Assembly (NCBI GenBank): GCA_963702025.1
Contig: OY969699.1
Span: 864,001 to 928,000, forward strand
Length of the DNA stretch: 64,000 bases
From: an uncultured bacterium
GTDB taxonomy: Bacteria; Babelota; Babeliae; Babelales; Vermiphilaceae
Direction of reading: 5' to 3'
The notes beneath the pieces were generated by a model, which searched no databases, was not told the origin of the DNA, and was given only the letters and a program-made list of their open reading frames with translations. Positions 1 to 9,446 of the stretch are shown here, piece after piece; position 1 is the first letter of the stretch; every line of letters starts with the position of its first letter. Made by a program: the position numbers and the translations under genes.

Positions 1-1158
1 ATCAACTCAATACCCATTGGCGATATTGATGGCCGCTGGAACTTATTGGGACTGTTGGCAGGCAGATTACCGCAAGGCGCCAACTTTCCGCCACTGTTAA
101 TGAAAGCACTCACTGATATTTTCCCCGGCATACCCCCGGGCGATGTAACCACCCAAATGATTCAAATTTATCAAAATAACGGAAGAGATTTCAATAATTG
201 TTATCCAACCTTTGGCTATGTTTCAGTACCTCTCAAATACCGCAAAAAAGGTATTCGCTGGAACGTGGAGGCAATTATTTGTGGTGATTTTGGTTTGCAA
301 TTTGAAGGCGGCATTGTAGAAATTAGCCAGGTGCTTAACCCGTGCTTTATTAATTTAACCAATCTTTTTGAAATCACGCAAGCAACTCCATGCACTGGAG
401 AAACAATTGACGCTAAGCTCATTGACTGTGATCTTTTTGATCCGCTCATTCCGCTTGCCCGAGAGCTTGGCATGAATTTGTGCAACTTTACCAAATGGGG
501 ATTTGAGGATCTTTATTTCTCTCTCTATTGGCGACATGCGCATGTGGTCAATTTTAATCGCGATTTAAGCTGGGCACGATTATTGGTAATACCATTTATT
601 CGTATCGGTGGTGGCGCAGCAACGGGCCACGCAAAAGAATATTCAGAAATTTTTAGTCTTCCCTTTGGCAACAACGGCAGCAACAGCATCAATCTAAATG
701 CGGGTATGAATTTTGACTTTGTCGAAACGGTAGAAATCGGCGCGGAGATTGGGTATTCTCACTTTCTAAAAAAAGATTTTACCAATTATCGATTGCCAAC
801 CAACTCGTTGCAAAGTGGCATCTATCCCTTTGCCGCTGATGTATGCCTAAAGCCGGGCGACACTGCCTATGTGGCAGGCAAGTTAGCCGCCTACCACTTC
901 TTGGATCGATTATCATTTTATTTCCAATGGGTCTATGTGCATCACCGCAAAGATCATATCGAGCTGGTTGTGAATGATCCAGCGTTTGATGTTACCAAAT
1001 GTCCTAACACAGCATTCCGGGTGCAACTGGGCAATTTTGGATTTAATTATGATATATCACCCAATTTTAGTCTTGGGTTCTTATGGCAACAGATGTTCCA
1101 TGTACGCAATGCGTATAATAGCACCACGGCTATGTTTACGTTGAACATGATATTTTAG
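1..1158 (+). CDS. Hypothetical protein, 5'-truncated by window; possible outer-membrane beta-barrel
   Basis: Frame 1 is open from base 1; C-terminal half has alternating hydrophobic/aromatic strands and ends in Phe (TAMFTLNMIF). Confidence 0.6.
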   Translation: MNSIPIGDIDGRWNLLGLLAGRLPQGANFPPLLMKALTDIFPGIPPGDVTTQMIQIYQNNGRDFNNCYPTFGYVSVPLKYRKKGIRWNVEAIICGDFGLQFEGGIVEISQVLNPCFINLTNLFEITQATPCTGETIDAKLIDCDLFDPLIPLARELGMNLCNFTKWGFEDLYFSLYWRHAHVVNFNRDLSWARLLVIPFIRIGGGAATGHAKEYSEIFSLPFGNNGSNSINLNAGMNFDFVETVEIGAEIGYSHFLKKDFTNYRLPTNSLQSGIYPFAADVCLKPGDTAYVAGKLAAYHFLDRLSFYFQWVYVHHRKDHIELVVNDPAFDVTKCPNTAFRVQLGNFGFNYDISPNFSLGFLWQQMFHVRNAYNSTTAMFTLNMIF

Positions 1159-1376
1159 CGCCAATTCGAGCTAAGAATTGTAAAAGTTAATCATAAACCC
1201 GCTCGTGGTGAGTGCAGCCGCAGGCTGCGTATCGAACCATGCGGGTTTAATAAATATTCATCAGTATCTTTTGTGATTTTTTAGGCCGCATGGTTCGATA
1301 CGCTCGCTATGCTCGCACTCACCACGAGCGGCCTTTTCAATTTGTATCATTAGTTTTTTAGCTCAAGTTCGCACTA
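1156..1376. mobile_element. ~220 bp palindromic MITE/REP-doublet element, copy 1
   Basis: Imperfect TIRs TAGCGCCAATTCGAGCTAA / TTAGCTCAAGTTCGCACTA; internal inverted arms CCGCTCGTGGTGAGTGC..ATCGAACCATGCGG; homologous to 10394-10625. Confidence 0.7.
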
Positions 1377-2429
1377 AGAATTGTGCACAGAATTTTTTAA
1401 AATATTGTGCACCGATTTTCCTATAATGCCGGCACTCTTTTTGGTATAACCACCAGAAAGCACCATAACAATCGGAATATTTCTTTCACGCGCATACTGG
1501 AACACTAGCTCATCGCGTTTGATAATGCCATTCTCAGAAATACGCATAAGGCCCAACTGATCTTCTTCAAAAACATCAGTTCCCGCATTGTAAATAATAA
1601 GATTCGGCCGAACCTGATCTAGTGCTGCGGGCAAAGTTGATGAGAGTAATTCAAGATAGGCATCATCCTCAATTCCCGTGTATACCGGATGATTAAAATT
1701 AATTCGCTTACGCGCTTCAATATCACGCGGATAGATATCTTTGTTATAGATATCATAAATAGCAACGCGCGGTTCATCTTTAAGGCACGATTCATGCCCG
1801 TTACCTTGATGCGCATCCAAATCAACAATCATAATCGTATGATCAGGATGTTGCTCAAGAATTTTTACTGCAGCCAGTGGGATGTCGGCATAAACACAAA
1901 AACCACCGCCCGAATCGCGTTTGGCATGGTGATAACCGCCTGAAAGGTTTATTGCCCAACCATCTTTAAGTGCAAGCTGTGCCCCAAGCACCGTGCCACC
2001 GGTTCCTAATTTCATGGCATGCAATAAATAGGAGCGGAGCAAAAAATTGGGCACCGAGGACAAAAAGCCAATTTCCGTAATTTGCGCAATGGTTGAAGAA
2101 TCGGATAGTGAATCCAAATAGCGTTGCGTGTGAACTTTTAATAATTCTTGATCACTAGTTAGATCAGGCGTATAAAAACTATTTTTAGTTAATCCTGCAT
2201 GCGAAATTAAATAGTCATGCACTTTGCCATATTTGCAGGAATCAAAAGGATGCAGCTTTTCCAATCCCATTAATGAAATGTCGTAATCTTTGTGAAAAAT
2301 AATAGGCAGCTTCTTTTGGTTCGTTTCTACCGGCGCTTTGCCAAATTTAATTTTTTTTGCTGGGCCACCATTGGTGTTAAATGCAAAGGCTAGCAGTGTC
2401 AGCGCTACAACAACTCGTGATATTTTCAT
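1374..2429 (-). CDS. Zn-dependent histone deacetylase family protein (HDAC11/class IV-like) with N-terminal signal peptide
   Basis: GLEKLHPFD, GGYHHA, GGGFC, DLDAHQGNG, YNAGTD and LSGGY motifs; hydrophobic N-terminus. Confidence 0.9.
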   Translation of the reverse strand: MKISRVVVALTLLAFAFNTNGGPAKKIKFGKAPVETNQKKLPIIFHKDYDISLMGLEKLHPFDSCKYGKVHDYLISHAGLTKNSFYTPDLTSDQELLKVHTQRYLDSLSDSSTIAQITEIGFLSSVPNFLLRSYLLHAMKLGTGGTVLGAQLALKDGWAINLSGGYHHAKRDSGGGFCVYADIPLAAVKILEQHPDHTIMIVDLDAHQGNGHESCLKDEPRVAIYDIYNKDIYPRDIEARKRINFNHPVYTGIEDDAYLELLSSTLPAALDQVRPNLIIYNAGTDVFEEDQLGLMRISENGIIKRDELVFQYARERNIPIVMVLSGGYTKKSAGIIGKSVHNILKNSVHNS

Positions 2430-2497
2430 GATATAACCTTCATTTATTAGGATTAAAAATTAAACTACGTGTAAATTTAAAAATCTACCTTATGATC

Positions 2498-2585
2498 ACA
2501 CATAGTGAGTGCTGCGCGAAGCGCAGTGTATCGAACCATATTCTGATATCCTTCGATACGCCCTTTCGGGCTACTCAGGATGTGT
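2498..2585. repeat. Palindromic REP-like repeat doublet
   Basis: GTGAGT-hairpin-GTATCGAACC followed by inverted CCTTCGATAC-hairpin-ACTCAGGA; same family as other intergenic repeats. Confidence 0.7.
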
Positions 2586-2716
2586 AAGTAATTTCACAAT
2601 TTTTATTGTACCAAATAACCCGATTTTCTCAACTGTATAAATTATTTTCAATTTGAAAACAACCAGTGGAATTTTGTGTTACAATGATTGTGTAAAGTAA
2701 TTCTTAATACGATTCT

Positions 2717-3037
2717 TTATTTCTTGTTCATAATTCTGTCTAAAACCAATTTATTTAAGCTTATTCCATGCAATGCAGCTTCTTGTGCAAGTTCCGAATG
2801 CGTTTTTTTATCAAGTCTGATGCGAATGTTACCTGAAAATTCCTTTTCCGGTTTTACACCCCGCTCTTTGCACCATTCCAAATATACATCAACTGATGTG
2901 TGGAATTCTTTCTCAATGTCTTTGGCATTATTAGCCTGAAAGGTAATTACCGCCCGTAACCCAATGACTTCACCATGAAGAATTTTAGCCTCTTCATCAT
3001 ACGTAACAACGCCATAGTAACCTTTATATTTCATCAT
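2717..3037 (-). CDS. hicB: HicB family antitoxin
   Basis: MKYKGY...LHGEVIGLRAVITFQ...VDVYL..C...G..PEK.FSG...RL...HSELA RHH pattern. Confidence 0.9.
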   Translation of the reverse strand: MMKYKGYYGVVTYDEEAKILHGEVIGLRAVITFQANNAKDIEKEFHTSVDVYLEWCKERGVKPEKEFSGNIRIRLDKKTHSELAQEAALHGISLNKLVLDRIMNKK

Positions 3038-3288
3038 GATCTATCCCTGCATTTATTAGGAACTTACGTACTGATACAACAGCTCCTTTGTCAGTCTCTT
3101 TTCTTGGATGTGGCCGATGGAAAACAGATTCTTCGCCATTTAATTCAATTCGCACCCGAGATCCGCGAGCTTCAGAGACATCTGCCCCTAAATGTACAAA
3201 TAACTTCTTCTATATCGTCCCATTTGATATTTGATTGAACGGGAGTTTTAAAAATCTGAGCCAAGATTTTACGATGCTTACTTTTCAT
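3024..3288 (-). pseudogene. hicA: HicA family toxin, frameshifted by one extra base near 3207
   Basis: MKSKHRKILAQIFKTPVQSNIKWDDIE continues in another frame as KLFVHLGADVSEARGSRVRIELNGEESVFHRPHPRKETDKGAVVSVRKFLINAGI; directly upstream of hicB. Confidence 0.85.
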
Positions 3289-3316
3289 CTTAAGTTCCCC
3301 ACTAGCTTTACAATAT

Positions 3317-3336
3317 GGTGCCACAAGATGGCATCC
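3317..3336. promoter_or_regulatory. Inverted repeat upstream of hicAB, possible HicB operator
   Basis: TGCCA-caaga-TGGCA about 30 bp upstream of the hicA start. Confidence 0.35.
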
Positions 3337-3482
3337 AGGGTCAAGCTCTGTGGAAATAATAATGGTGCTCACTAAAACCTTAGACTGCTATTGCTGCTGG
3401 ACAGTATTAATAATTTTGCTTAAAATACAAAGAGTAATGACTTTTTTAATAACCCCCAATCAAGAAAGGCCTGCGAACATAT

Positions 3483-3692
3483 ATGTCACGTAAATCGAAT
3501 ATTTCAGTCTATGTCAGTTCAAATGTTGAACGCGCCCTCAAACAACTTAAGAAAAAGATCGAACGCGAAGGCGTGGTACGTGATATGAAACGTACTGTCT
3601 ACTTTGAATCCCCAACGCAAAAACGTCGTAAACGTCTGGTTCGTGCCATCAAGCAAAATCTGCTTCGTATGATCACTAATCGTCCTCAGTAG
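3483..3692 (+). CDS. rpsU: 30S ribosomal protein S21
   Basis: VERALKQLKKKIEREGVVRDMKRTVYFESPTQKRRK matches the bS21 pattern. Confidence 0.9.
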   Translation: MSRKSNISVYVSSNVERALKQLKKKIEREGVVRDMKRTVYFESPTQKRRKRLVRAIKQNLLRMITNRPQ

Positions 3693-3699
3693 TTTTTCC

Positions 3700-4071
3700 A
3701 TGAGCAGCGTATCATCCATTAAAAAATCACAAAAAGAGACCCAACTCTATCGGGCAATTTCGGAGCTTTTTACCCAAACTGCGCTTGACGATCCTCGCTT
3801 GCAAGGGATTGCAGTGAATCGCGTTAAGCTCTCTGATGATAAAAGCATCTGCAATATCTTCTTTTATTGTGCGAATGGGTTAGCTGAATTTAAAGAAAAA
3901 CTTCCCTTTATTTTGCTTTATAAATCATCGCTGCGGCGCGCTTTGGCAAAAACTATTGCAGCGCGCTACACCCCTGAACTCATATTTAAATTTGATGACC
4001 AGTTTGAAAAACAGCAACGCATTGAGAATCTCTTAGAAAAAATCAAAGGAGATGACTCATCAACCTCATGA
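3700..4071 (+). CDS. rbfA: Ribosome-binding factor A
   Basis: DPRL..IAVNRVKLSDD; RYTPELIFKFD; RIENLL. Confidence 0.9.
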   Translation: MSSVSSIKKSQKETQLYRAISELFTQTALDDPRLQGIAVNRVKLSDDKSICNIFFYCANGLAEFKEKLPFILLYKSSLRRALAKTIAARYTPELIFKFDDQFEKQQRIENLLEKIKGDDSSTS

Positions 4072-4808
4072 TGATTCCCCTGTTTCTTGCCTGGGGCTCT
4101 TTTTTAAACGTTGTTGGCTATCGGCTTTTACGGGGACAAAGTATTATTGTTCCTCGTTCTTATTGCCCTCATTGCCGGCGCACCATTGCCTGGTATGATA
4201 ATATTCCTATTATTTCTTTCTTGGTGCTTGGCGGCAAATGCCGCTGGTGCTCACAACGCATATCGCTCTTATATCCCTTTATTGAACTTCTCACGGCAGC
4301 AGTGATGCTCGCACTTATATATTGCACCTCATCAGAGTATTGGTTTGCCTATTTTCTTTTTTTCTCAGCTTTGATTGTCACCATCAGGACAGATTTTGAA
4401 CAGATGCTCATCTCTCGGTATGTCACTCTGTTTTTGGTCCCGGCAGGTTGGCTCTTGGCAGCATTGGGCTATTTGCCAATCCCAGTAAAGCAAAGCTTTT
4501 ATGGCAGCGTTCTTGGTTATGCGATTTTATTTACTATTGCCAAACTCTTTGTATGGATCCGCCAAAAAGATGGCATGGGGCAAGGTGATCTGGAGTTACT
4601 CTCTTTTATTGGTGCATTTCTTGGTCCCTGGGGTTGTTGGATAACCCTCTTTCTGGCCTCAACGTTGGGCTCAATTTTTGGTATTGCCACCATGATCATG
4701 TCGGGGCAAACAAACAGCGTTAAAGTGCCTTTTGGGCCATTTTTGGCTTTTGGCGGGATGCTCTTTGTGCTCTTTCATCACTTCTTTGTTAACTTTCTTA
4801 ATTTGTAA
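4068..4808 (+). CDS. pilD: Prepilin peptidase (A24)
   Basis: GSFLNVV, RSYCPHC, GKCRWC, GMGQGD, VPFGPFL. Confidence 0.92.
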   Translation: MMIPLFLAWGSFLNVVGYRLLRGQSIIVPRSYCPHCRRTIAWYDNIPIISFLVLGGKCRWCSQRISLLYPFIELLTAAVMLALIYCTSSEYWFAYFLFFSALIVTIRTDFEQMLISRYVTLFLVPAGWLLAALGYLPIPVKQSFYGSVLGYAILFTIAKLFVWIRQKDGMGQGDLELLSFIGAFLGPWGCWITLFLASTLGSIFGIATMIMSGQTNSVKVPFGPFLAFGGMLFVLFHHFFVNFLNL

Positions 4809-4968
4809 AAAATCCTCTTTTTCCCTGCAATGTTTTCAAATAGAAAACTTTTGGCAAAATCGCCGTACGTGCTTTCTATCTTCATTGAATTAAGCAGTTG
4901 CAAATTTATTTCTATTTGGTATTATTAGAGTAGATGGAAAAAATTATATCCAAAAAATGTGAGGTTTT

Positions 4969-5358
4969 ATGAACTATATCAATCAATTAATCTTCTGCAT
5001 GAGTGCCTGCGCGCTTATTATGCCAACAGCGGATCTTAAGGGCATGGAAAGAGTAACAAACTACCTGCATGGAACAAACGCTTCTCAAGCAGAAATTGCG
5101 AATGCTCAAACATGCCCGATTTGCATGGCAAATTTAGCTGATGGAAATGCATTACGCACATTGCGTTGCAATCCAAATGGCGTGCCGCATATATTTCATA
5201 GAACATGCATCAATGCGTGGCTCCTTTCAAGACAAAATACAAATCAGAGTGTTAATTGCCCATTGTGTCAAACTCCTGCCGCTCCGGACTTTTCACAAAT
5301 AGAAAGAGCAATAGCGCACCTACAAAACCAAATACAAAACATGGACATATCAACATAA
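4969..5358 (+). CDS. Secreted RING-H2 zinc-finger protein (candidate E3 ligase mimic)
   Basis: CPIC..C..H.FH..C...W..CPLC; signal peptide ending at G-ME; GAGG RBS. Confidence 0.8.
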   Translation: MNYINQLIFCMSACALIMPTADLKGMERVTNYLHGTNASQAEIANAQTCPICMANLADGNALRTLRCNPNGVPHIFHRTCINAWLLSRQNTNQSVNCPLCQTPAAPDFSQIERAIAHLQNQIQNMDIST

Positions 5359-5410
5359 CCCCTTTAATATCAATAATCGCAAATATTTCCTTTTTGCATC
5401 ATTTACTTCC

Positions 5411-5617
5411 TTGTTGGTTCTTATGGAAACAAAACTTCTTGAAAAATATCTGGGTAAAAAGCCTATCTTCTTTAATACAATAACAGCGAAGTATATGGCT
5501 GCATATTTTACGGCATGGTACTTAGCATTTAAATATGGTTCAACAGGGAGACCTGTTGTAGATATATCTCTTGTGGCTATCTTAGGAATTTTGCAAAGTT
5601 TTACGCCCCACCAATAA
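5411..5617 (+). CDS. Small hydrophobic ORF, possibly the frameshifted C-terminal part of the RING gene
   Basis: No clear RBS; its frame is open from 5315, overlapping the RING gene end. Confidence 0.35.
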   Translation: MLVLMETKLLEKYLGKKPIFFNTITAKYMAAYFTAWYLAFKYGSTGRPVVDISLVAILGILQSFTPHQ

Positions 5618-5668
5618 CAACCTATCATCTTGCAGTGATGGGCGGAGCTCTAAATTTTTAAGCATTTT

Positions 5669-6145
5669 TTATGCCAAATCATCTTGCACCACGGTAATGT
5701 TGTTGTTCTGATCAACCGATAAAACATCCGGCTCGCCATCACCATCAATATCTGCCACCGCGATTGCCAGAAATCCTTTTTCATTCGCATAACCACTGCC
5801 TAAATGGCTGCTGGAAGTTCCCAACTTACCGGTAAAATGATTTTGCCCTTCGGATCCACCAAAGCCATAGGTGTAATAGAATTTCTCACCCGCACCGCCG
5901 CCCGCATATCCTTCGGGTTGCCAGCCGATACCACCAACGCCACTCAGTTGCGTGGAATATTTGCCATGCTCGGCCCAGTATGCTTTTTGCGCTGCATAGA
6001 GCGAACTCAGTTGCATATATGCTTCGGCCCGCTTGGCTTTTGCCAAATATTTGGTGTAACTAGGGACTGCTATCATTGCAAGAAATGCTATAATGGCCAC
6101 TACGATCATTAGCTCTATTAACGAAAAGCCGGATTTTTTAACCAT
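5669..6145 (-). CDS. Type IV pilin / pseudopilin
   Basis: KKSG|FSLIELMIVVAIIAFLAMIAVPSY class III signal peptide. Confidence 0.92.
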   Translation of the reverse strand: MVKKSGFSLIELMIVVAIIAFLAMIAVPSYTKYLAKAKRAEAYMQLSSLYAAQKAYWAEHGKYSTQLSGVGGIGWQPEGYAGGGAGEKFYYTYGFGGSEGQNHFTGKLGTSSSHLGSGYANEKGFLAIAVADIDGDGEPDVLSVDQNNNITVVQDDLA

Positions 6146-6257
6146 CGTTTTACCCTCTTAAATAGCTTTTTATGGTTGATTAGCTCTATCTTACGAGAAA
6201 AGCCTTGACCAAAGTCAAGCATGTATGAAAAGATAGGCACTAAAAGAAAGGAATTCT

Positions 6258-6530
6258 ATGACGATACAAAAAACAGCCGCATATGCCATTATCATAAGCA
6301 GCATACTCACGATGCAAGCGCCAGTAGTGGCATCATCAAAAGAAATGCGCGCCCAAGGGCTAACCTATTTGGGGCTTATCCTTGGCCTTGGTGGCACCCA
6401 TCAGTTGGTTAAACGATCAGAGAAAAGCTCCTATATTTTTAGTGACATATCAAGCGGCGTAGGCCTGCTGGCTACCGGCTTTGCATTGATCGTGCTTTCA
6501 GCTGAAATCATCCAATGGCTTGACAGATAA
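6258..6530 (+). CDS. Small hypothetical membrane protein
   Basis: AAGGA RBS, signal-like N-terminus and two hydrophobic segments. Confidence 0.65.
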   Translation: MTIQKTAAYAIIISSILTMQAPVVASSKEMRAQGLTYLGLILGLGGTHQLVKRSEKSSYIFSDISSGVGLLATGFALIVLSAEIIQWLDR

Positions 6531-6830
6531 AGATTTCATATAGAAAAAGTTATCTGCATTTGGACCAAAACATCTTTCATTAAGAATTGTACAATTGGCA
6601 ATATTTTATGGCATAAAAAATTCATTTAGAATTTTGAATGCAATTTTTTTATTACAATATGGAAATCTACCAAATGATAAATCTGCCCTATAAAAAACGC
6701 ATTTTGAACCTGCAAAAGACTCTTTAAAACAATGTTTTGCATGGCTATTTTAACGCCTTTTAAAAGAGCCTGCGGTCTCCTTTTTTTCTTTTGTAAATAA
6801 ACCTACATCATTTGGATGAAAATTTATTGT

Positions 6831-6858
6831 TTGACATTTTTGTTTAAAGATTTACACT
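6831..6858 (+). promoter_or_regulatory. Putative sigma70 promoter of the folC-like gene
   Basis: TTGACA-16 bp-TACACT. Confidence 0.45.
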
Positions 6859-6926
6859 TAAAATAAGATTAAAAATTGCTGAGTGAGTAAAAGCAAAAAC
6901 TCTGTATTCTAACCATGGAGAATAAT

Positions 6927-8336
6927 ATGAAAACGAATACAAACAAACAGCTGGGGTCCAAAGAGACAGCAGCGCTTTCAAAACAGCGCAGCTATAATGA
7001 GGTTATCGAGTTTCTTGATGCTCATTGGCAAACCAATAAGCAGGACAAGAATCTTTCAGTAATGAAAAAGCTCGATCAAGCTCTGGGCAACCCCTCTCAA
7101 AAAACAACTACCGTGCTTGTTGCCGGTACAAATGGTAAAAGTCTTACCATTAACTTTACTGCGCAATTATTGCGGGAAGAAGGTCTAAAAGTAGGTTCTT
7201 TCTATGCTCCTCATATCCTCACCTACAACGAGCGCCTTTCAATTAACAATGAAACTATTGCCAACAAAACCTTTACCGAAATCGGTAATGATGTCATCAA
7301 TACGGCTGAATCCTTAGGAATCACTCCAAATTCCTTTGAAGTTCTCACCATGATGGCACTTATCTATTTTAAAAATAATAATGTCGATATCGCATTGCTT
7401 GAAGTAAGCGAAGGCGGCACCAGTAACGCAACAAATATTTGTAACCCAAAAATCGTTGCAATTACTCGTGTGATCACTCCTGATGAAGCAGCAATAAAAG
7501 AAGCGATCGTTGATATTTTAGGCATTGTAAAAGCAAATACCTATGTTGTTTCAGCCGATCAAAGCAAATTAAATCTTCAAGTAATGCAAGAATTGGTTAA
7601 AGAAAAAGGCGGTATTTGGTCAATGCCAATCCGTAAACTTTCTGCGTTACCCTATCCCTTTGAACAATTACATGGACGCTGCGCAGCGCTCGCTGAACGT
7701 ATATCCCATACGTTTGTGAATGGCTTTACCAATAGTGATGCAGTAGTTGCCAACACATTACTCAGCAAACAAAAAGGTCCTCGCGGCAGGCCAACTCTCC
7801 ATGAAGTAAAACGTCGCGCTGAAAATCCTAAGAAAACAGTTGAACAATTCTGGAAAGAAACCACCAATTCACTCCCTGCTCGTTTCCAACTTCTTGATAA
7901 AGAAAAACCGAGCGTGCTCCTTGATAACGCAAGCAATCTGGATGCATTTAAGAACCTCTTATTGGGTATCCGCTTGCTCCATTACCAAAAACCTCTCAAA
8001 GGCATAACTTTAGTACTTGGCTGCAACAATCAAGAACTCGATCTTTCAGAGTTCCTGAAATTGCTCCGTTACTTCTTTAAAAAGACATCGGGTCAAGTTA
8101 TCGTGTGCCCTGTTTCAGAAATTCCGGGTCAAAATGAGGGATCTTCTTGGGATGTTGAACAAGCAACCAATGATATTAAAAGCATGAAAATAAAAGCACG
8201 TTCAGCAAAGAGCTTTAAAGAAGCTTTTGAAGCGGCACAAAAAACGGTCGATGAAAGAAATGGCCTGGTTATTGTGACCGGTTCATCCGCTATTGTTTCT
8301 GATTATTGGCATTTTAAGGGTATTAAAAAACTCTAA
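6927..8336 (+). CDS. FolC/Mur-ligase family protein (divergent folylpolyglutamate synthase-like)
   Basis: VAGTNGKS P-loop, FYAPHILTYNERL, FEVLT, LPARFQ, LLDNA, VTGS. Confidence 0.8.
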   Translation: MKTNTNKQLGSKETAALSKQRSYNEVIEFLDAHWQTNKQDKNLSVMKKLDQALGNPSQKTTTVLVAGTNGKSLTINFTAQLLREEGLKVGSFYAPHILTYNERLSINNETIANKTFTEIGNDVINTAESLGITPNSFEVLTMMALIYFKNNNVDIALLEVSEGGTSNATNICNPKIVAITRVITPDEAAIKEAIVDILGIVKANTYVVSADQSKLNLQVMQELVKEKGGIWSMPIRKLSALPYPFEQLHGRCAALAERISHTFVNGFTNSDAVVANTLLSKQKGPRGRPTLHEVKRRAENPKKTVEQFWKETTNSLPARFQLLDKEKPSVLLDNASNLDAFKNLLLGIRLLHYQKPLKGITLVLGCNNQELDLSEFLKLLRYFFKKTSGQVIVCPVSEIPGQNEGSSWDVEQATNDIKSMKIKARSAKSFKEAFEAAQKTVDERNGLVIVTGSSAIVSDYWHFKGIKKL

Positions 8337-8346
8337 CAACGTAAAA

Positions 8347-8428
8347 CCCGTTCGCCTCGATAGAGCCCTCGAAGAGGGCGAGTGGAGAGGTCTCCATTCG
8401 TGCTTCGCACTCCATCGACCCGAACGGA
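8347..8428. repeat. Palindromic REP-like repeat
   Basis: CCGTTCG...CGAACGG ends; internal GCCCTC-GAA-GAGGGC hairpin. Confidence 0.65.
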
Positions 8429-8443
8429 CTAGAACTGCAAACT

Positions 8444-8728
8444 ATGACAATAACAACGATAGTGTTATCGCTCATCGCCGGCACTCTTGTCGGATATATT
8501 TATGGACTCCTCTTCTTGCAAACAAGACGAGGGGTCCCCTCACTTTTAAGCCATATTTTTTTTAGTTTCCTTAGATTTGCGCTGCTTTTGTGCGTTGGCG
8601 GCTACTTATTATTACTGCCTTCCATTCATCCCATAATCCTGGTACTCTCATTCTTGACAACGTTTTGGACGACAGTTCTCATGAATAAGGTACCGTTCAA
8701 TGAAAGACATAGAACTTCTTGGTGGTAA
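8444..8728 (+). CDS. AtpI/AtpR-like membrane protein preceding atpB
   Basis: Three hydrophobic segments, SFLRFALL motif, overlaps the atpB start. Confidence 0.65.
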   Translation: MTITTIVLSLIAGTLVGYIYGLLFLQTRRGVPSLLSHIFFSFLRFALLLCVGGYLLLLPSIHPIILVLSFLTTFWTTVLMNKVPFNERHRTSWW

Positions 8729-9446
8729 ACAATGGCAGCCACTGCGGCAGTTTGGCATTTCCCATCCTTTTTTTGCAATAGATAAATCCACTGTTATTAA
8801 TACCTGGATCACCCTCGGTGCATTATTCATCTTAATTATTCTTGCTCGATTTTTCTTACGCCGCCGACTCAGCACCGGCCGCTACATCGTGCTCAGCTAT
8901 GTTCGTTCATTTATTGATCTGGTTTCTCAATCATTGGGCTATTTTTCGTATAACCATTCTGTTTTTGTAGTTGCACTGTTTACATTCATTATTCTGTGCA
9001 ATTGCATTGCGATCCTGCCATGGGTAGAAGAGCCAACCAAAGAATTGAACACCACCTTTGCATTAGGTTTGATAGCCTTTTTTTATATTCAAATATACGC
9101 AATCAAAGCCCATGGTTTTTTTGGGTATCTTAAAGAATATTTTACTCCCTTTTTCTTCATGTTCCCGCTTCACGTTATAGGCAAAATATCAACTATTATT
9201 TCTATGTCATTCCGCTTATTCGGTAATATTTTTGGAAGCGCTACCATTATGCATATCTATCAAGCATTATTAGCCGGCTCACCATGGTTTCAAATCTTTG
9301 GTCTTCTGAGCGGTTTGAATATACTGATGGTAAGTTTTTTTATTATCTTTGAGGGGTGCCTCCAAGCATTTGTATTCACTATGCTAACGGTTACCTACCT
9401 GGCAATTGCCTTAGCTCATGATGATCAGATCGGAGAAATGACATGA
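8700..9446 (+). CDS. atpB: F0 ATP synthase subunit a
   Basis: PTKELNTTFAL, ISMSFRLFGNI (essential Arg), LQAFVFTML. Confidence 0.95.
   Translation: MKDIELLGGKQWQPLRQFGISHPFFAIDKSTVINTWITLGALFILIILARFFLRRRLSTGRYIVLSYVRSFIDLVSQSLGYFSYNHSVFVVALFTFIILCNCIAILPWVEEPTKELNTTFALGLIAFFYIQIYAIKAHGFFGYLKEYFTPFFFMFPLHVIGKISTIISMSFRLFGNIFGSATIMHIYQALLAGSPWFQIFGLLSGLNILMVSFFIIFEGCLQAFVFTMLTVTYLAIALAHDDQIGEMT

Noticed and set aside
6531..6900. AT-rich intergenic region as oriC or an ncRNA
   Set aside because: No DnaA-box cluster recognised and only weak short inverted repeats
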